A DNA stretch of 64,000 nucleotides, taken from Escherichia coli O127:H6 str. E2348/69. GTDB taxonomy: Bacteria > Pseudomonadota > Gammaproteobacteria > Enterobacterales > Enterobacteriaceae. Shown one piece after another: positions 41,376 through 52,389 of the stretch. The notes under the pieces are model-generated. The model did no database searches. It was not told the origin of the DNA and saw nothing but the letters and a program-made list of their open reading frames with translations. Both the position numbers and the translations under genes were made by a program. The DNA is taken from assembly GCF_000026545.1 (NCBI RefSeq), contig NC_011601.1; one strand, 5' to 3'. The stretch's first letter is position 1. Every line of letters starts with the position of its first letter.

Positions 41376-41463
41376 TATTAATCACTTATTTTATCTGAGA
41401 TGACAAAAATTTTTTAACAGGGGAGTGATATTGATCTTCACTCTGTCATATCTCCGGTAATAT

Positions 41464-41501
41464 GGCGTCAGGCTTCATCAACAGAAAGGGGGCCTGACGC
41501 C
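41464..41501. terminator. Stem-loop between the convergent AKR gene and rclC
   Basis: GGCGTCAGGC ... GCCTGACGCC 10-bp arms; right arm followed by TGAAAAAG. Confidence 0.4.
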
Positions 41502-41534
41502 TGAAAAAGTGAACAACAGACAGTGTTCGGATTA

Positions 41535-42128
41535 TCAATATTCAGTTTTTAACGTTGAACTGGATTCATTACTGCGTTGTTTAAGAATATCCCGCGCCGA
41601 ATCTGCCATTATCATGACAGCACCTGCCAGCATCAGAGTATCTTTCAATACCAGACGACCAGCACCGGATAAATAAGGGAAACCATGATGAGCGTCACCC
41701 AATGCGGGTACCCATGCCTCCGGAGTGGTGATTAAAAATGAGAGTGTTACCAGCGGCGTGGTAAATGCCATCAGCCCACCCAATAAACCTAACCAGCGAT
41801 TGACAGGATTAGCCAAAACCAGCAGAGCAATAATCACCTCCACGACGCCAAGACCGTTGGAAAAACCATAGGTATTATTAGCCGTTTGCCATGCTCTTGC
41901 TTCTGGTTTGTATTCGCCTTCGTGAGTCAGATACTGTTTATAGTCTTCCGGGTGTTCATAAAAGAACGACATTAGTGGACTGTTTGCGACGAATGGTGTA
42001 ATGCTGTCTGCCTCGTAAGGGACAAACTTTAATAACCCAATCCACATAAAAACAATCGCAATGCTCAGACGAATCAATGTCAGGCCAATTTTATCTCCCC
42101 GACTTAACAGGTGCAGGTATCTTTCCAT
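41535..42128 (-). CDS. rclC: Reactive chlorine resistance inner membrane protein RclC (DoxX-like)
   Basis: 'MERYLHLLSRGDKIGLTLIRLSIAIVFMWIGLLKF'; 197 aa from the SD-preceded Met. Confidence 0.85.
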   Translation of the reverse strand: MERYLHLLSRGDKIGLTLIRLSIAIVFMWIGLLKFVPYEADSITPFVANSPLMSFFYEHPEDYKQYLTHEGEYKPEARAWQTANNTYGFSNGLGVVEVIIALLVLANPVNRWLGLLGGLMAFTTPLVTLSFLITTPEAWVPALGDAHHGFPYLSGAGRLVLKDTLMLAGAVMIMADSARDILKQRSNESSSTLKTEY

Positions 42129-42139
42129 TGTAAACATCC

Positions 42140-42376
42140 TTATTTATACAATACTGCTGTTGCGGTTGAATTATTATCAATTCGCATCGATGTAACTTTC
42201 CAGGATGAAGCATTATATTTTCTGGCCATATCAGCAATGGCATTCTCAAGAACTGTCGGTGATGCTGATACTGATGAGACGCTGATATGTTTCAGAATTA
42301 TTTTATCATCTGCATTGGTGGAAAATGCCATAACGCCAGATAATAGTGTTGCAAATAAAACAGATTTTTTAAACAT
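42140..42376 (-). CDS. rclB: Reactive chlorine resistance periplasmic protein RclB
   Basis: 'MFKKSVLFATLLSGVMAFSTNA' signal peptide; 78 aa. Confidence 0.8.
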   Translation of the reverse strand: MFKKSVLFATLLSGVMAFSTNADDKIILKHISVSSVSASPTVLENAIADMARKYNASSWKVTSMRIDNNSTATAVLYK

Positions 42377-42484
42377 ATAAAATACCATCAATGAAGTGAT
42401 TAAGAAGTTATAAAGTAACAGGGAATTAATAAGATTCTTTTCTCTGAGACGCCAGAATATTTGTTCTGGCGTCTGATTTTGAGT

Positions 42485-43810
42485 TTATTTGACTAATGAA
42501 AATAGATCATTGAGTGATTCGCTCATCGACGGATGAGTAAATATCTGATCGCGTAATATGCTATAAGGCAGCCCGGCATCCATCACCATTTTCACTATAT
42601 TGATCATCTCGTGGGAGTCAACACACAGCAGTGATGCCCCTAATATACGTTGGGTTTTATTATCAACAATCGCTTTTAATACCCCACGAGTATCATTCAT
42701 CACTCTGGCACGCGGAATTGCAGCTACAGGCAATGTCACCACCTGAATATCAGCACCACTCTCTCTGGCCTGTTCTTCTGTCATACCAACCCTGGACAGT
42801 GGCGGTGTCATGAATACGGAATAAGGCACATTTTTCCGATCATCAGTACTACGTCTGCCTTCTCCCAGCAATTCATCACGCACAATGCGGTAATCATCCA
42901 GTGAAATGTAAGTAAATTGCAGCCCGCCGGTAACATCTCCCATCGCCCAAATATTGTTTGCGGTGGTATGTAATTGCTTGTCAACGACAATTGCCCCGCG
43001 CTCGTTTACTGCGATACCTGCATTTTCTGGATGTAACGAAGCGGTAGCCGGTTGACGACCGGAAGCTATTAACAGTGCATCCACCGCCAGTTGGGCGTGC
43101 TCGCTATGCACTTGCACTTGATTTTCATGGTGACTGATTCGCTCCACATGGGCATTGAGGATTATATCGACGCCCTGATCGCGTAAAATCGTCGCGATAT
43201 TATCAGCAATATCCCGATCTTCCCGAGGCAAAAACAGCGAAGCTGCCTCTAAAATGGTTACTTTGCTGCCAAAATTAGCGAACATAGAGGCGAACTCAAC
43301 GCCAATATATCCGCCGCCCAAAATACCTAAATGCCCAGGCAATTCTTTTAGATTAAGTAATCCGGTGCTGTCATATACACCAGGCGTGGTGGTAATTCCA
43401 GGAATTGGCGGAACCACGGCTTGTGCACCGGTATTAATAAAAATTTTCTCGCCATGAATCTCCAGATTTCTCCCAGGCCGATGAACACGCAGGCTATGAT
43501 TATTGATAAACTCCGCCAGGCCGTCGATCACGTCGATATTGGGCATATCCGCAAGATTATGAAAATTCTTATTACGTAAAAAATTAACCACTTCATTTTT
43601 ACGCTGTATGGCACGGACAAAATCTGTGTGCTGCTGTGCGTCATGAACCAATGTTTTGGTTGGGATACAGCCGATATTAATACAGGTCCCGCCATACATT
43701 GCATTTGATTGTTCGATGAGAGCCACACGCCAACCTGCTTTTGCCAGCGTGACGGCTAATGTTTTTCCAGCCTTGCCAAAACCAATAATAACTGCCTGAT
43801 ATTTATTCAT
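42485..43810 (-). CDS. rclA: Reactive chlorine resistance flavoprotein oxidoreductase RclA
   Basis: 'MNKYQAVIIGFGKAGKTLAVTLAKAGWRVALIEQ' FAD site and CxxxxC ('GGTCINIGCIPTK') disulfide reductase motif; 441 aa. Confidence 0.9.
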   Translation of the reverse strand: MNKYQAVIIGFGKAGKTLAVTLAKAGWRVALIEQSNAMYGGTCINIGCIPTKTLVHDAQQHTDFVRAIQRKNEVVNFLRNKNFHNLADMPNIDVIDGLAEFINNHSLRVHRPGRNLEIHGEKIFINTGAQAVVPPIPGITTTPGVYDSTGLLNLKELPGHLGILGGGYIGVEFASMFANFGSKVTILEAASLFLPREDRDIADNIATILRDQGVDIILNAHVERISHHENQVQVHSEHAQLAVDALLIASGRQPATASLHPENAGIAVNERGAIVVDKQLHTTANNIWAMGDVTGGLQFTYISLDDYRIVRDELLGEGRRSTDDRKNVPYSVFMTPPLSRVGMTEEQARESGADIQVVTLPVAAIPRARVMNDTRGVLKAIVDNKTQRILGASLLCVDSHEMINIVKMVMDAGLPYSILRDQIFTHPSMSESLNDLFSLVK

Positions 43811-44036
43811 GATGATTTCCTGTCGAAACGCGTTCATTTGACATCATGACTATAGACGCAAAAGAGCAAATAACATTTCTTCACAACGCTTGATATTTTG
43901 TCTTATCGTCTGGTATTTTCTTTTTCTTAATCAGAATCACAAAACAAAAATCATGATTAACTATTTGATGGTATTAGATTAATTATTGACTAAGATTGTT
44001 GGTGTTTGTAATCAAAAAACCACTCAGGAGTCTGAT

Positions 44037-44891
44037 ATGGATGCTCTTAGCCGTTTGTTGATGCTTAACGCTCCACAAGGAACGATCGATAAGAATTGCG
44101 TGTTAGGAAGTGACTGGCAACTTCCACATGGTGCCGGGGAATTGTCGGTTATTCGTTGGCATGCGTTAACGCAAGGAGCGGCGAAGCTGGAAATGCCGAC
44201 GGGAGAGATTTTTACATTACGCCCGGGAAATGTGGTCCTGCTACCACAAAATTCAGCTCATCGCCTGAGTCATGTCGATAATGAATCGACCTGTATTGTC
44301 TGTGGCACTCTTCGACTGCAACATTCGGCGCGTTATTTTTTAACGTCTTTGCCGGAAACGCTGTTTGTAGCACCAGTGAACCATAGCGTGGAATATAACT
44401 GGCTGAGGGAGGCGATCCCGTTTTTACAACAGGAATCCAGATCGGCAATGCCGGGAGTGGATGCTCTGTGTAGCCAGATCTGCGCTACATTCTTTACCCT
44501 CGCGGTGCGTGAGTGGATTGCACAGGTTAATACAGAGAAAAACATTCTCAGTTTGCTTCTGCATCCACGTCTTGGTGCGGTAATACAGCAAATGATGGAA
44601 ATGCCTGGACACGCCTGGACCGTCGAATCGCTGGCCAGCATCGCCCACATGTCCCGGGCAAGTTTTGCCCAGCTTTTCCGTGATGTTTCCGGAACCACGC
44701 CGCTGGCTGTATTAACAAAGTTGCGTCTACAAATAGCGGCCCAGATGTTTTCCCGGGAAATGCTCCCTGTTGTGGTGATCGCTGAGTCAGTAGGCTATGC
44801 CAGCGAATCATCTTTTCACAAGGCGTTTGTCCGCGAGTTTGGTTGTACTCCGGGAGAATATCGGGAAAGGGTCAGACAGCTTGCACCCTGA
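44037..44891 (+). CDS. rclR: Reactive-chlorine-responsive AraC-family activator RclR
   Basis: 'MDALSRLLMLNAPQGTIDKNCVLGSDW...' with C-terminal AraC HTH; divergent from rclABC; 284 aa. Confidence 0.85.
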   Translation: MDALSRLLMLNAPQGTIDKNCVLGSDWQLPHGAGELSVIRWHALTQGAAKLEMPTGEIFTLRPGNVVLLPQNSAHRLSHVDNESTCIVCGTLRLQHSARYFLTSLPETLFVAPVNHSVEYNWLREAIPFLQQESRSAMPGVDALCSQICATFFTLAVREWIAQVNTEKNILSLLLHPRLGAVIQQMMEMPGHAWTVESLASIAHMSRASFAQLFRDVSGTTPLAVLTKLRLQIAAQMFSREMLPVVVIAESVGYASESSFHKAFVREFGCTPGEYRERVRQLAP

Positions 44892-45418
44892 ATAAAACCG
44901 CCAGAAATCAGGGCAAAGATAATCCGCATTCCGGGAGTTGTGAGCCTTTCAACTATTTCTATTTCCAACGGTGGTTTTGGGCTTTATATATTTTTTTTGA
45001 TGGACTCTAGCTCAGTTTTTAAATAAAAATGCAAACTAAATTGCTTCAATTAAATAAAATCCCGACTATTACTTGATACGTGATTATTGTCGGTGATTTT
45101 TTTTGTGCACCATCAGTGTATATCTCAATAACCCCTGAATAAGTAGCTCTGAATAGGTATAAGGGGTGTAGCCTTTTTAAATGGATTTCTTATGCCAAAA
45201 ATGATCGTCGATTTCCCTATAAAATGTGAGCGATGCCGAAAGAAATAAAATTAGTTATTGCATTTGAAGTTTAGATGAAAGATTATCATTTGTCATACAA
45301 ATGAGAGGTGGTATGTTGCTAGCCAATTAAAAAAGAACGCCATATTTATTGATGATTGATCCCCCGGAAGGGGGGAACCATCGGGCATAAATGGGCATGA
45401 AGTAATGGAGTATTAGTT

Positions 45419-46138
45419 GTGAATGTCAATTTCTTTGTCACCTGTATTGGTGACGCCCTGAAATCAAGAATGGCACGAGACTCCGTGCTGCTACTGGAAA
45501 AACTCGGCTGTCGCGTAAATTTCCCGGAGAAACAGGGATGCTGCGGTCAGCCTGCGATCAATAGTGGTTATACCAAAGAAGCGATTCCAGGGATGAAAAA
45601 TCTGATCGCCGCACTGGAGGATAACGACGATCCCATTATTTCACCGGCTGGCTCTTGCACCTATGCCGTAAAAAGTTACCCGACGTATCTGGCGGATGAA
45701 CCTGAATGGGCATCACGTGCCGAAAAGGTTGCCGCGCGTATGCAGGATCTCACCTCTTTTATTGTTAATACATTAGGGGTAGTCGATGTAGGTGCCAGTT
45801 TGCAAGGGAGAGCGGTGTATCACCCATCTTGTAGCCTGGCCCGTAAGCTGGGGGTGAAGGACGAACCTCTTACGCTGCTGAAAAATGTGCGTGGACTGGA
45901 GCTGTTGACCTTTGCTGAACAGGATACCTGCTGCGGATTTGGCGGCACGTTCTCGGTCAAAATGGCCGAAATATCCGGCGAGATGGTGAAAGAAAAGGTT
46001 GCGCACCTGATGGAAGTCCGCCCTGAGTATTTAATTGGTGCTGACGTGAGTTGCCTGCTGAACATCAGTGGACGATTACAACGGGAAGGGCAGAAAGTCA
46101 AAGTGATGCATATTGCTGAAGTGCTGATGAGCCGCTGA
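45419..46138 (+). CDS. ykgE: Cysteine-rich (Fe-S)-binding protein YkgE (LutA-like)
   Basis: 239 aa, 'MNVNFFVTCIGDALKSRMARDSV...' CCG-domain pattern; first of the ykgEFG operon (GTG start). Confidence 0.85.
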   Translation: MNVNFFVTCIGDALKSRMARDSVLLLEKLGCRVNFPEKQGCCGQPAINSGYTKEAIPGMKNLIAALEDNDDPIISPAGSCTYAVKSYPTYLADEPEWASRAEKVAARMQDLTSFIVNTLGVVDVGASLQGRAVYHPSCSLARKLGVKDEPLTLLKNVRGLELLTFAEQDTCCGFGGTFSVKMAEISGEMVKEKVAHLMEVRPEYLIGADVSCLLNISGRLQREGQKVKVMHIAEVLMSR

Positions 46139-46148
46139 GGATATAAAG

Positions 46149-47576
46149 ATGTCGATCAAAACCAGTAATACAGATTTTAAGACACGCATCCGTCAGCAAA
46201 TTGAAGATCCGATCATGCGTAAAGCGGTGGCAAACGCGCAGCAGCGTATTGGGGCAAATCGGCAAAAAATGGTCGATGAATTGGGGCACTGGGAGGAGTG
46301 GCGCGATCGGGCCGCCCAGATACGTGATCATGTTCTGAGTAATCTCGACGCTTATCTGTACCAGCTCTCAGAAAAAGTGACACAAAACGGCGGTCACGTC
46401 TATTTTGCAAAAACCAAAGAAGACGCCACCCGCTACATTTTACAGGTTGCCCAACGCAAAAATGCCCGGAAGGTAGTGAAATCTAAATCGATGGTGACCG
46501 AAGAGATTGGTGTCAATCATGTGTTGCAGGATGCCGGGATTCAGGTGATTGAAACCGATCTGGGTGAATACATTCTCCAGCTGGATCAAGATCCGCCCTC
46601 TCATGTTGTGGTCCCGGCAATTCATAAAGATCGCCATCAGATCCGTCGAGTGCTACACGAACGTCTGGGCTATGAGGGGCCGGAAACGCCTGAAGCGATG
46701 ACCTTATTCATTCGGCAAAAAATCCGCGAAGATTTCCTCAGTGTTGAAATAGGTATTACCGGCTGTAATTTCGCGGTGGCAGAGACCGGTTCGGTATGCC
46801 TGGTGACCAATGAAGGTAATGCGCGAATGTGTACCACGCTGCCTAAAACGCATATTGCAGTGATGGGAATGGAGCGTATTGCTCCCACGTTTGCAGAGGT
46901 AGATGTATTGATCACCATGCTGGCGCGCAGTGCCGTTGGTGCACGTTTGACGGGATACAACACCTGGCTGACAGGACCGCGCGAAGCGGGGCACGTTGAT
47001 GGTCCTGAAGAGTTTCATCTGGTTATTGTCGATAACGGGCGTTCTGAGGTGCTGGCCTCTGAATTTCGGGATGTGCTGCGCTGTATTCGTTGCGGGGCTT
47101 GTATGAATACTTGTCCGGCATATCGCCATATTGGCGGTCATGGATATGGCTCTATTTATCCAGGGCCAATTGGTGCGGTGATTTCCCCGTTACTTGGCGG
47201 CTATAAAGATTTTAAAGATTTACCCTACGCCTGCTCTTTATGCACCGCTTGTGACAGCGTGTGTCCGGTGCGTATTCCGCTGTCAAAACTGATTTTGCGT
47301 CATCGTCGGGTGATGGCTGAAAAAGGGATCACCGCAAAAGCAGAGCAACGGGCGATAAAAATGTTCGCTTATGCCAATAGTCATCCAGGATTGTGGAAAG
47401 TCGGGATGATGGCTGGTGCTCATGCGGCAAGCTGGTTTATCAATGGCGGCAAAACACCACTCAAATTTGGCGCGATTAGCGACTGGATGGAAGCACGCGA
47501 TCTTCCTGAAGCTGACGGAGAGAGTTTCCGTAGTTGGTTTAAGAAACATCAGGCGCAGGAGAAAAAGAATGGATAA
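46149..47576 (+). CDS. ykgF: 4Fe-4S ferredoxin-type protein YkgF (LutB-like)
   Basis: 475 aa; two CxxCxxCxxxCP motifs ('CIRCGACMNTCPAY', 'CSLCTACDSVCPV'). Confidence 0.85.
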   Translation: MSIKTSNTDFKTRIRQQIEDPIMRKAVANAQQRIGANRQKMVDELGHWEEWRDRAAQIRDHVLSNLDAYLYQLSEKVTQNGGHVYFAKTKEDATRYILQVAQRKNARKVVKSKSMVTEEIGVNHVLQDAGIQVIETDLGEYILQLDQDPPSHVVVPAIHKDRHQIRRVLHERLGYEGPETPEAMTLFIRQKIREDFLSVEIGITGCNFAVAETGSVCLVTNEGNARMCTTLPKTHIAVMGMERIAPTFAEVDVLITMLARSAVGARLTGYNTWLTGPREAGHVDGPEEFHLVIVDNGRSEVLASEFRDVLRCIRCGACMNTCPAYRHIGGHGYGSIYPGPIGAVISPLLGGYKDFKDLPYACSLCTACDSVCPVRIPLSKLILRHRRVMAEKGITAKAEQRAIKMFAYANSHPGLWKVGMMAGAHAASWFINGGKTPLKFGAISDWMEARDLPEADGESFRSWFKKHQAQEKKNG

Positions 47577-48264
47577 TCGGAGCGAATTTTTGAATAACGT
47601 TGCTCAGGCACTGGGTCGCCCGCTGCGACTTGAACCGCAAGCAGAAGATGCGCCGCTTAACAACTATGCTAACGAGCGGCTTACCCAACTTACCCAACAG
47701 CAGCGCTGTGACGCGTTTATCCAGTTTGCCAGCGATGTTATGTTGACGCGCTGTGAACTGACCAGCGAGGCGAAGGCGGCAGAAGCTGCAATACGTCTGT
47801 GTAAAGAGCTGGGAGATCAGTCGGTCGTGATTAGTGGTGACACGAGGCTGGAGGAATTGGGGATTAGCGAACGTTTGCAGCAGGAATGCAATGCCGTTGT
47901 TTGGGATCCGGCGAAAGGTATTGAGAACATATCACAAGCAGAGCAGGCTAAAGTGGGCGTCGTATATGCTGAATATGGTTTAACCGAATCGGGAGGCGTG
48001 GTTCTTTTTTCCGCCGCCGGGCGCGGGCGTTCATTGAGCCTGCTCCCGGAATCTTCTCTTTTTATCCTGCGTAAAAGCACAATCCTGCCGCGTGTAGCGC
48101 AACTCGCAGAAAAATTGCATCAGAAAGCGCAGGCCGGTGAACGAATGCCGTCATGTATTAACATCATCAGTGGTCCCAGTTCAACGGCGGACATTGAGCT
48201 TATCAAAGTCGTCGGGGTTCATGGTCCGGTGAAAGCGGTGTATCTGATTATTGAGGATTGCTGA
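47569..48264 (+). CDS. ykgG: YkgG (LutC-like) protein
   Basis: Start at 'MDNRSEFLNNVAQALGRP', overlapping the ykgF stop by 8 nt; 231 aa. Confidence 0.8.
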   Translation: MDNRSEFLNNVAQALGRPLRLEPQAEDAPLNNYANERLTQLTQQQRCDAFIQFASDVMLTRCELTSEAKAAEAAIRLCKELGDQSVVISGDTRLEELGISERLQQECNAVVWDPAKGIENISQAEQAKVGVVYAEYGLTESGGVVLFSAAGRGRSLSLLPESSLFILRKSTILPRVAQLAEKLHQKAQAGERMPSCINIISGPSSTADIELIKVVGVHGPVKAVYLIIEDC

Positions 48265-48506
48265 GAGAGATATGTAGTCTGGACATAAACCTGAAGGCGG
48301 TATACGAGGTTGTGAATAGCGTTAAGGACAACCTGACTTAACCCCGTTCCGTCATGGTTATGCTGCTCTTCTGTAAATATCCTGACATTAATAATGCCAG
48401 GATATTTACAGTGAAAAAGACAGGAATCCATTCCTGAAGACGGGCTCCCTTCCCGGTCATTGTCACTATAGTTTTATACAGGCACTCTCTGTCAGAATGC
48501 TGTTTA

Positions 48507-49007
48507 TTACTGCCCAGAGTTTTGTTGGTATTCATCTACCATTTTTTTGACAAGGCAAAACATTACAGAAATCACAATACTTAGAAAAAATCCCAGAGCC
48601 AGGCAAATGGCAGCAGGGTATTTATTTTTTATTTCTGGTGAGCTTATAGTGACACAGCCATCACCGTTCGGATACAATGACCAGTTCCTGGTCAGGTATA
48701 TCATTTTTGTATAAAGCTCACTGTTAATTGCTGAAGGCGTTTGTATCTCATCGAGAACTTGCCTGCCATTATGGTATTCTGACGCATACCATTTGATGGT
48801 AGACGCCTGCACGCGAGATATTTCCGCTTCAGCAGTTGGTAAATCTCTCTTATCTCCTGACCATTCCAGCTTTATTTCTCTGTTATACAGAAACAACAGC
48901 ACCATTGCCATACAGATAGCTATAATAAAAAGGATAATACGAATCTTTTTCTTCAGATAAAATAAAATCTCAATCAGATCGATATCCTGTTTTATTTGTT
49001 CATTCAT
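48507..49007 (-). CDS. ykgH: Predicted membrane protein (YkgH-like position)
   Basis: 166 aa ORF with an N-terminal TM helix ('IRIILFIIAICMAMVLLFLY'); conserved position between ykgG and betA. Confidence 0.55.
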   Translation of the reverse strand: MNEQIKQDIDLIEILFYLKKKIRIILFIIAICMAMVLLFLYNREIKLEWSGDKRDLPTAEAEISRVQASTIKWYASEYHNGRQVLDEIQTPSAINSELYTKMIYLTRNWSLYPNGDGCVTISSPEIKNKYPAAICLALGFFLSIVISVMFCLVKKMVDEYQQNSGQ

Positions 49008-49219
49008 AATATATCCAGAAAATGAAATCTGTCGCAGATAATATTGTATTAATAGTCTGTATCAGGAATGTTCGGGTTAAATATCAACGAAAAACCAGAA
49101 TCATGAATACTGGATATGAAGCATGAGAGTTACCTCAGTGTTTTATATAAGGATTCGGTCCTCATAGTAGAACGGTAACTCTCAATCTGATCGGTTCCTG
49201 AGTCAGTTCACATCACGAC

Positions 49220-50890
49220 TCATTTTTTCGCTCTCACCGGCATCCCATTTGCCACAAAATATCCCGCCGTGCTCCTCGGCAACGCTTCCTTCCCACGAAT
49301 CATATCCGCTATTTTCTCGCCAATCATAATCGTCGTGGCGTTCAAATTGCCGGTGATAATTTGCGGCATAATTGACGCATCCACCACGCGCAGGCCTTCC
49401 AGCCCGTGTACGCGGCCTTCGCCGTCAACCACAGCCATCTCGTCATAACCCATTTTGCAGGTACCGCACGGATGAAACGCGGTTTCGGCGTGGTTACGCA
49501 CGAACTCATCGAGCTGCTCATCCGTCTGGCATTCGACACCAGGGCTGATTTCGCGGCCACGGTATTGATCCAGCGCGGGTTGATGCATGATCTCCCGGGT
49601 GGTGCGAATTGCGTCGCGGAACTCCTGCCAGTCCTGCTCGTGCGACATGTAGTTAAACAGAATCGCCGGATGCTGGTGCGGGTCGCGGGATTTAATCCGC
49701 ACATGCCCACGGCTTGGCGAGCGCATCGATCCGACATGGCATTGGAAGCCGTGCTCTTTCACTGCGTTCGAGCCGTTATAGTTAATCGCCACTGGCAGGA
49801 AATGGTACTGAATATTCGGCCACGCAAATTCCTCACGGCTGCGAATAAATCCGCCTGCTTCAAAGTGGTTGCTGGCACCAACGCCGGTGCCGCCAAACAG
49901 CCACTCCGCACCGATTCTCGGCTGATTCCACCACTGCAGGGCAGGGTAGAGGGAAACCGGTTCTTTGCACTCGTATTGCAGATACATCTCCAGGTGATCC
50001 TGAAGATTTTCGCCGACGCCGGGTAATTCATGCACCAGCGGAATATCAAACTCCGCCAGCAGTTCAGCGTTGCCGACGCCGGAGCGTTGCAGGATCTGCG
50101 GTGAAGCAATCGCGCCTGCACATAACAGCACTTCTTTATTCGCCGCCGCGCGGGTCGGAATGGTGCTGTCGCCTTCCAGCCACTCGACGCCCACCGCGCG
50201 TTTGCCGTCAAAAATGATGTGATCGGTCATGGCGTGAGTACGAATGGTCAGGTTAGGGCGCGATTTGGCCTGATCGAGATAGCCACGCGCGGTGCTGGCG
50301 CGACGGCCATGCGGCGTGACGGTGCGATCCATCGGGCCAAAACCTTCCTGCTGATAGCCGTTGAGATCGTCCGTGCGCGGGTAGCCTGCCTGCATGCCCG
50401 CTTCAATCATCGCTTCAAACAGCGGATTGACGCCGGGTTTGGAGGTGATGACGCTCACCGGGCCATCGCCACCGTGGTAATCGTTCTCGCCCACATCGCG
50501 AGTCTCGGCCTTGCGGTAGTAGGGCAGGCAGTCGAGATAACTCCAGTTCTCCAGACCAGGTTCTTGTGCCCAGTTATCGAGATCCAGCGCATTGCCACGG
50601 ATGTAGCACATACCGTTGATCAGCGATGAACCGCCCAGACCTTTGCCGCGTCCGCACTCCATGCGGCGGTTGTTCATAAACGGTTCGGGTTCCGTCTCAT
50701 AGGCCCAGTTATAGCGTTTGCCCTGTAGCGGGAACGCCAGCGCGGCGGGCATCTGGGTGCGGAAGTCAAAGCGATAGTCCGGGCCGCCTGCTTCAAGCAG
50801 CAGCACGGTTGTGTTCGGATCTTCAGTCAGACGGGTAGCGAGAACGTTGCCGGCTGAGCCGGCACCAATAATGATGTAGTCAAATTGCAA
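49220..50890 (-). CDS. betA: Choline dehydrogenase (GMC oxidoreductase)
   Basis: '[35 protein letters not shown]' FAD-binding N-terminus; apparent TTG start behind a GGAGG SD (ORF track start 50935). Confidence 0.9.
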   Translation of the reverse strand: MQFDYIIIGAGSAGNVLATRLTEDPNTTVLLLEAGGPDYRFDFRTQMPAALAFPLQGKRYNWAYETEPEPFMNNRRMECGRGKGLGGSSLINGMCYIRGNALDLDNWAQEPGLENWSYLDCLPYYRKAETRDVGENDYHGGDGPVSVITSKPGVNPLFEAMIEAGMQAGYPRTDDLNGYQQEGFGPMDRTVTPHGRRASTARGYLDQAKSRPNLTIRTHAMTDHIIFDGKRAVGVEWLEGDSTIPTRAAANKEVLLCAGAIASPQILQRSGVGNAELLAEFDIPLVHELPGVGENLQDHLEMYLQYECKEPVSLYPALQWWNQPRIGAEWLFGGTGVGASNHFEAGGFIRSREEFAWPNIQYHFLPVAINYNGSNAVKEHGFQCHVGSMRSPSRGHVRIKSRDPHQHPAILFNYMSHEQDWQEFRDAIRTTREIMHQPALDQYRGREISPGVECQTDEQLDEFVRNHAETAFHPCGTCKMGYDEMAVVDGEGRVHGLEGLRVVDASIMPQIITGNLNATTIMIGEKIADMIRGKEALPRSTAGYFVANGMPVRAKK

Positions 50891-50903
50891 ATAAACCTCC
50901 TGG

Positions 50904-52376
50904 TTAAAATATGGACTGGAATTTAGCCATCTCAACCTGGATGGACTTCACCTGGGTGTAACTCTGGAGCGTCATCACGCCGTTCTCGCGACCAATGCCG
51001 GAGTGTTTGTAGCCGCCAACGGGCATCTCTGCCGGGGATTCGCCCCAGGTGTTGATCCAGCAAATACCCGCTTCCAGCTGATGAATGACGCGATGCGCGC
51101 GGTTCAGGTCTGCCGTCACGATACCCGCCGCCAGACCGTAGTCGGTATCGTTAGCGCGGCGAATGACTTCGTCTTCCGACTCGTAGGTCAGAATGGACAT
51201 CACCGGCCCGAAAATCTCTTCGCGCACAATGGTCATATCGTCGCTGCAATCGGTGAACACGGTCGGTGCAACCCATGCGCCGTTATCGAAGCTATCCCCC
51301 TTCAGTACATCGCCGCCGCACAGTACGCGCGCGCCTTCCTCTATGCCTTTGGCGATATAGCGCAGCACGTTATCGCGATGCGGGAAGCTGACCAGCGGGC
51401 CGAAGTTAGTTTGCGGATCGAAAACGTCGCCCGCGCGAATGCGCTCAACGCGCGCCAGAACCTTTTGTTCAAATGCGGCTTTGCATTTCGTCGGAACGAA
51501 GACGCGAGTGCCGTTGGTACACACCTGACCGGAGCTGAAGAAATTCGCCATCATGGCGATATCGGCGGCGAGATCGAGATCCGCATCGTCGAAAACGATC
51601 AGCGGTGATTTACCGCCCAGCTCCATGGTCACTTCTTTCAGGGAAGAGGCTGCCGAGTTAGCCATCACTTTTTTGCCGCTGGCGACGCCGCCGGTAAATG
51701 ACACTTTGGCAATGCCCGGATGATCGGTCAGATATTGCCCGGTCTCCGCGCCCACGCCCGGCAACACGTTAAATACACCGTCCGGCAGGCCCGCTTCGCT
51801 GTAAATTTCAGCCAGCTTTAACGCGGTAAGCGGGGTGACTTCGCTCGGTTTGAAGATCATCGCGTTACCCGCCGCCAGCGCGGGGGCGGATTTCCACAAA
51901 GCAATCTGGATCGGGTAGTTCCATGCGCCAATCCCCGCCACCACACCCAGCGGTTCGCGGCGGGTATAAACAAATGACGTCTCACGCAACGGGATCTGGC
52001 AGCCTTCCAGCGCCGGGATCAGCCCGGCATAGTACTCCAGCACGTCCGCACCGGTAACGATATCGACGGTTGAGGTTTCCGAATATGCTTTTCCGGTGTC
52101 AAGGGTTTCCAGTTTTGCGAGTTCGTCATTGCGTTCACGCAGAATATCAACGGCCCGACGCAGAATACGCGAGCGCTCCATAGCGGTCATCGCCGCCCAG
52201 ATTTTTTGCCCTTGTTGGGCACTCTTCACGGCGCGATCGACATCCTCACGCCCGGCGGCCTGCACGGTCGCCAGCACGTTACCGTTGGCCGGGTTAATGG
52301 TCTCGAAGGTGCGACCGCTGGTGGCGGAGGTATAACCACCATGTATATAAAGCTGCTGTTCTGCCATTCGGGACAT
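50904..52376 (-). CDS. betB: Betaine aldehyde dehydrogenase
   Basis: '[32 protein letters not shown]'; ALDH family; 490 aa. Confidence 0.95.
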
Positions 52377-52389
52377 CACGTCTCCTCGG

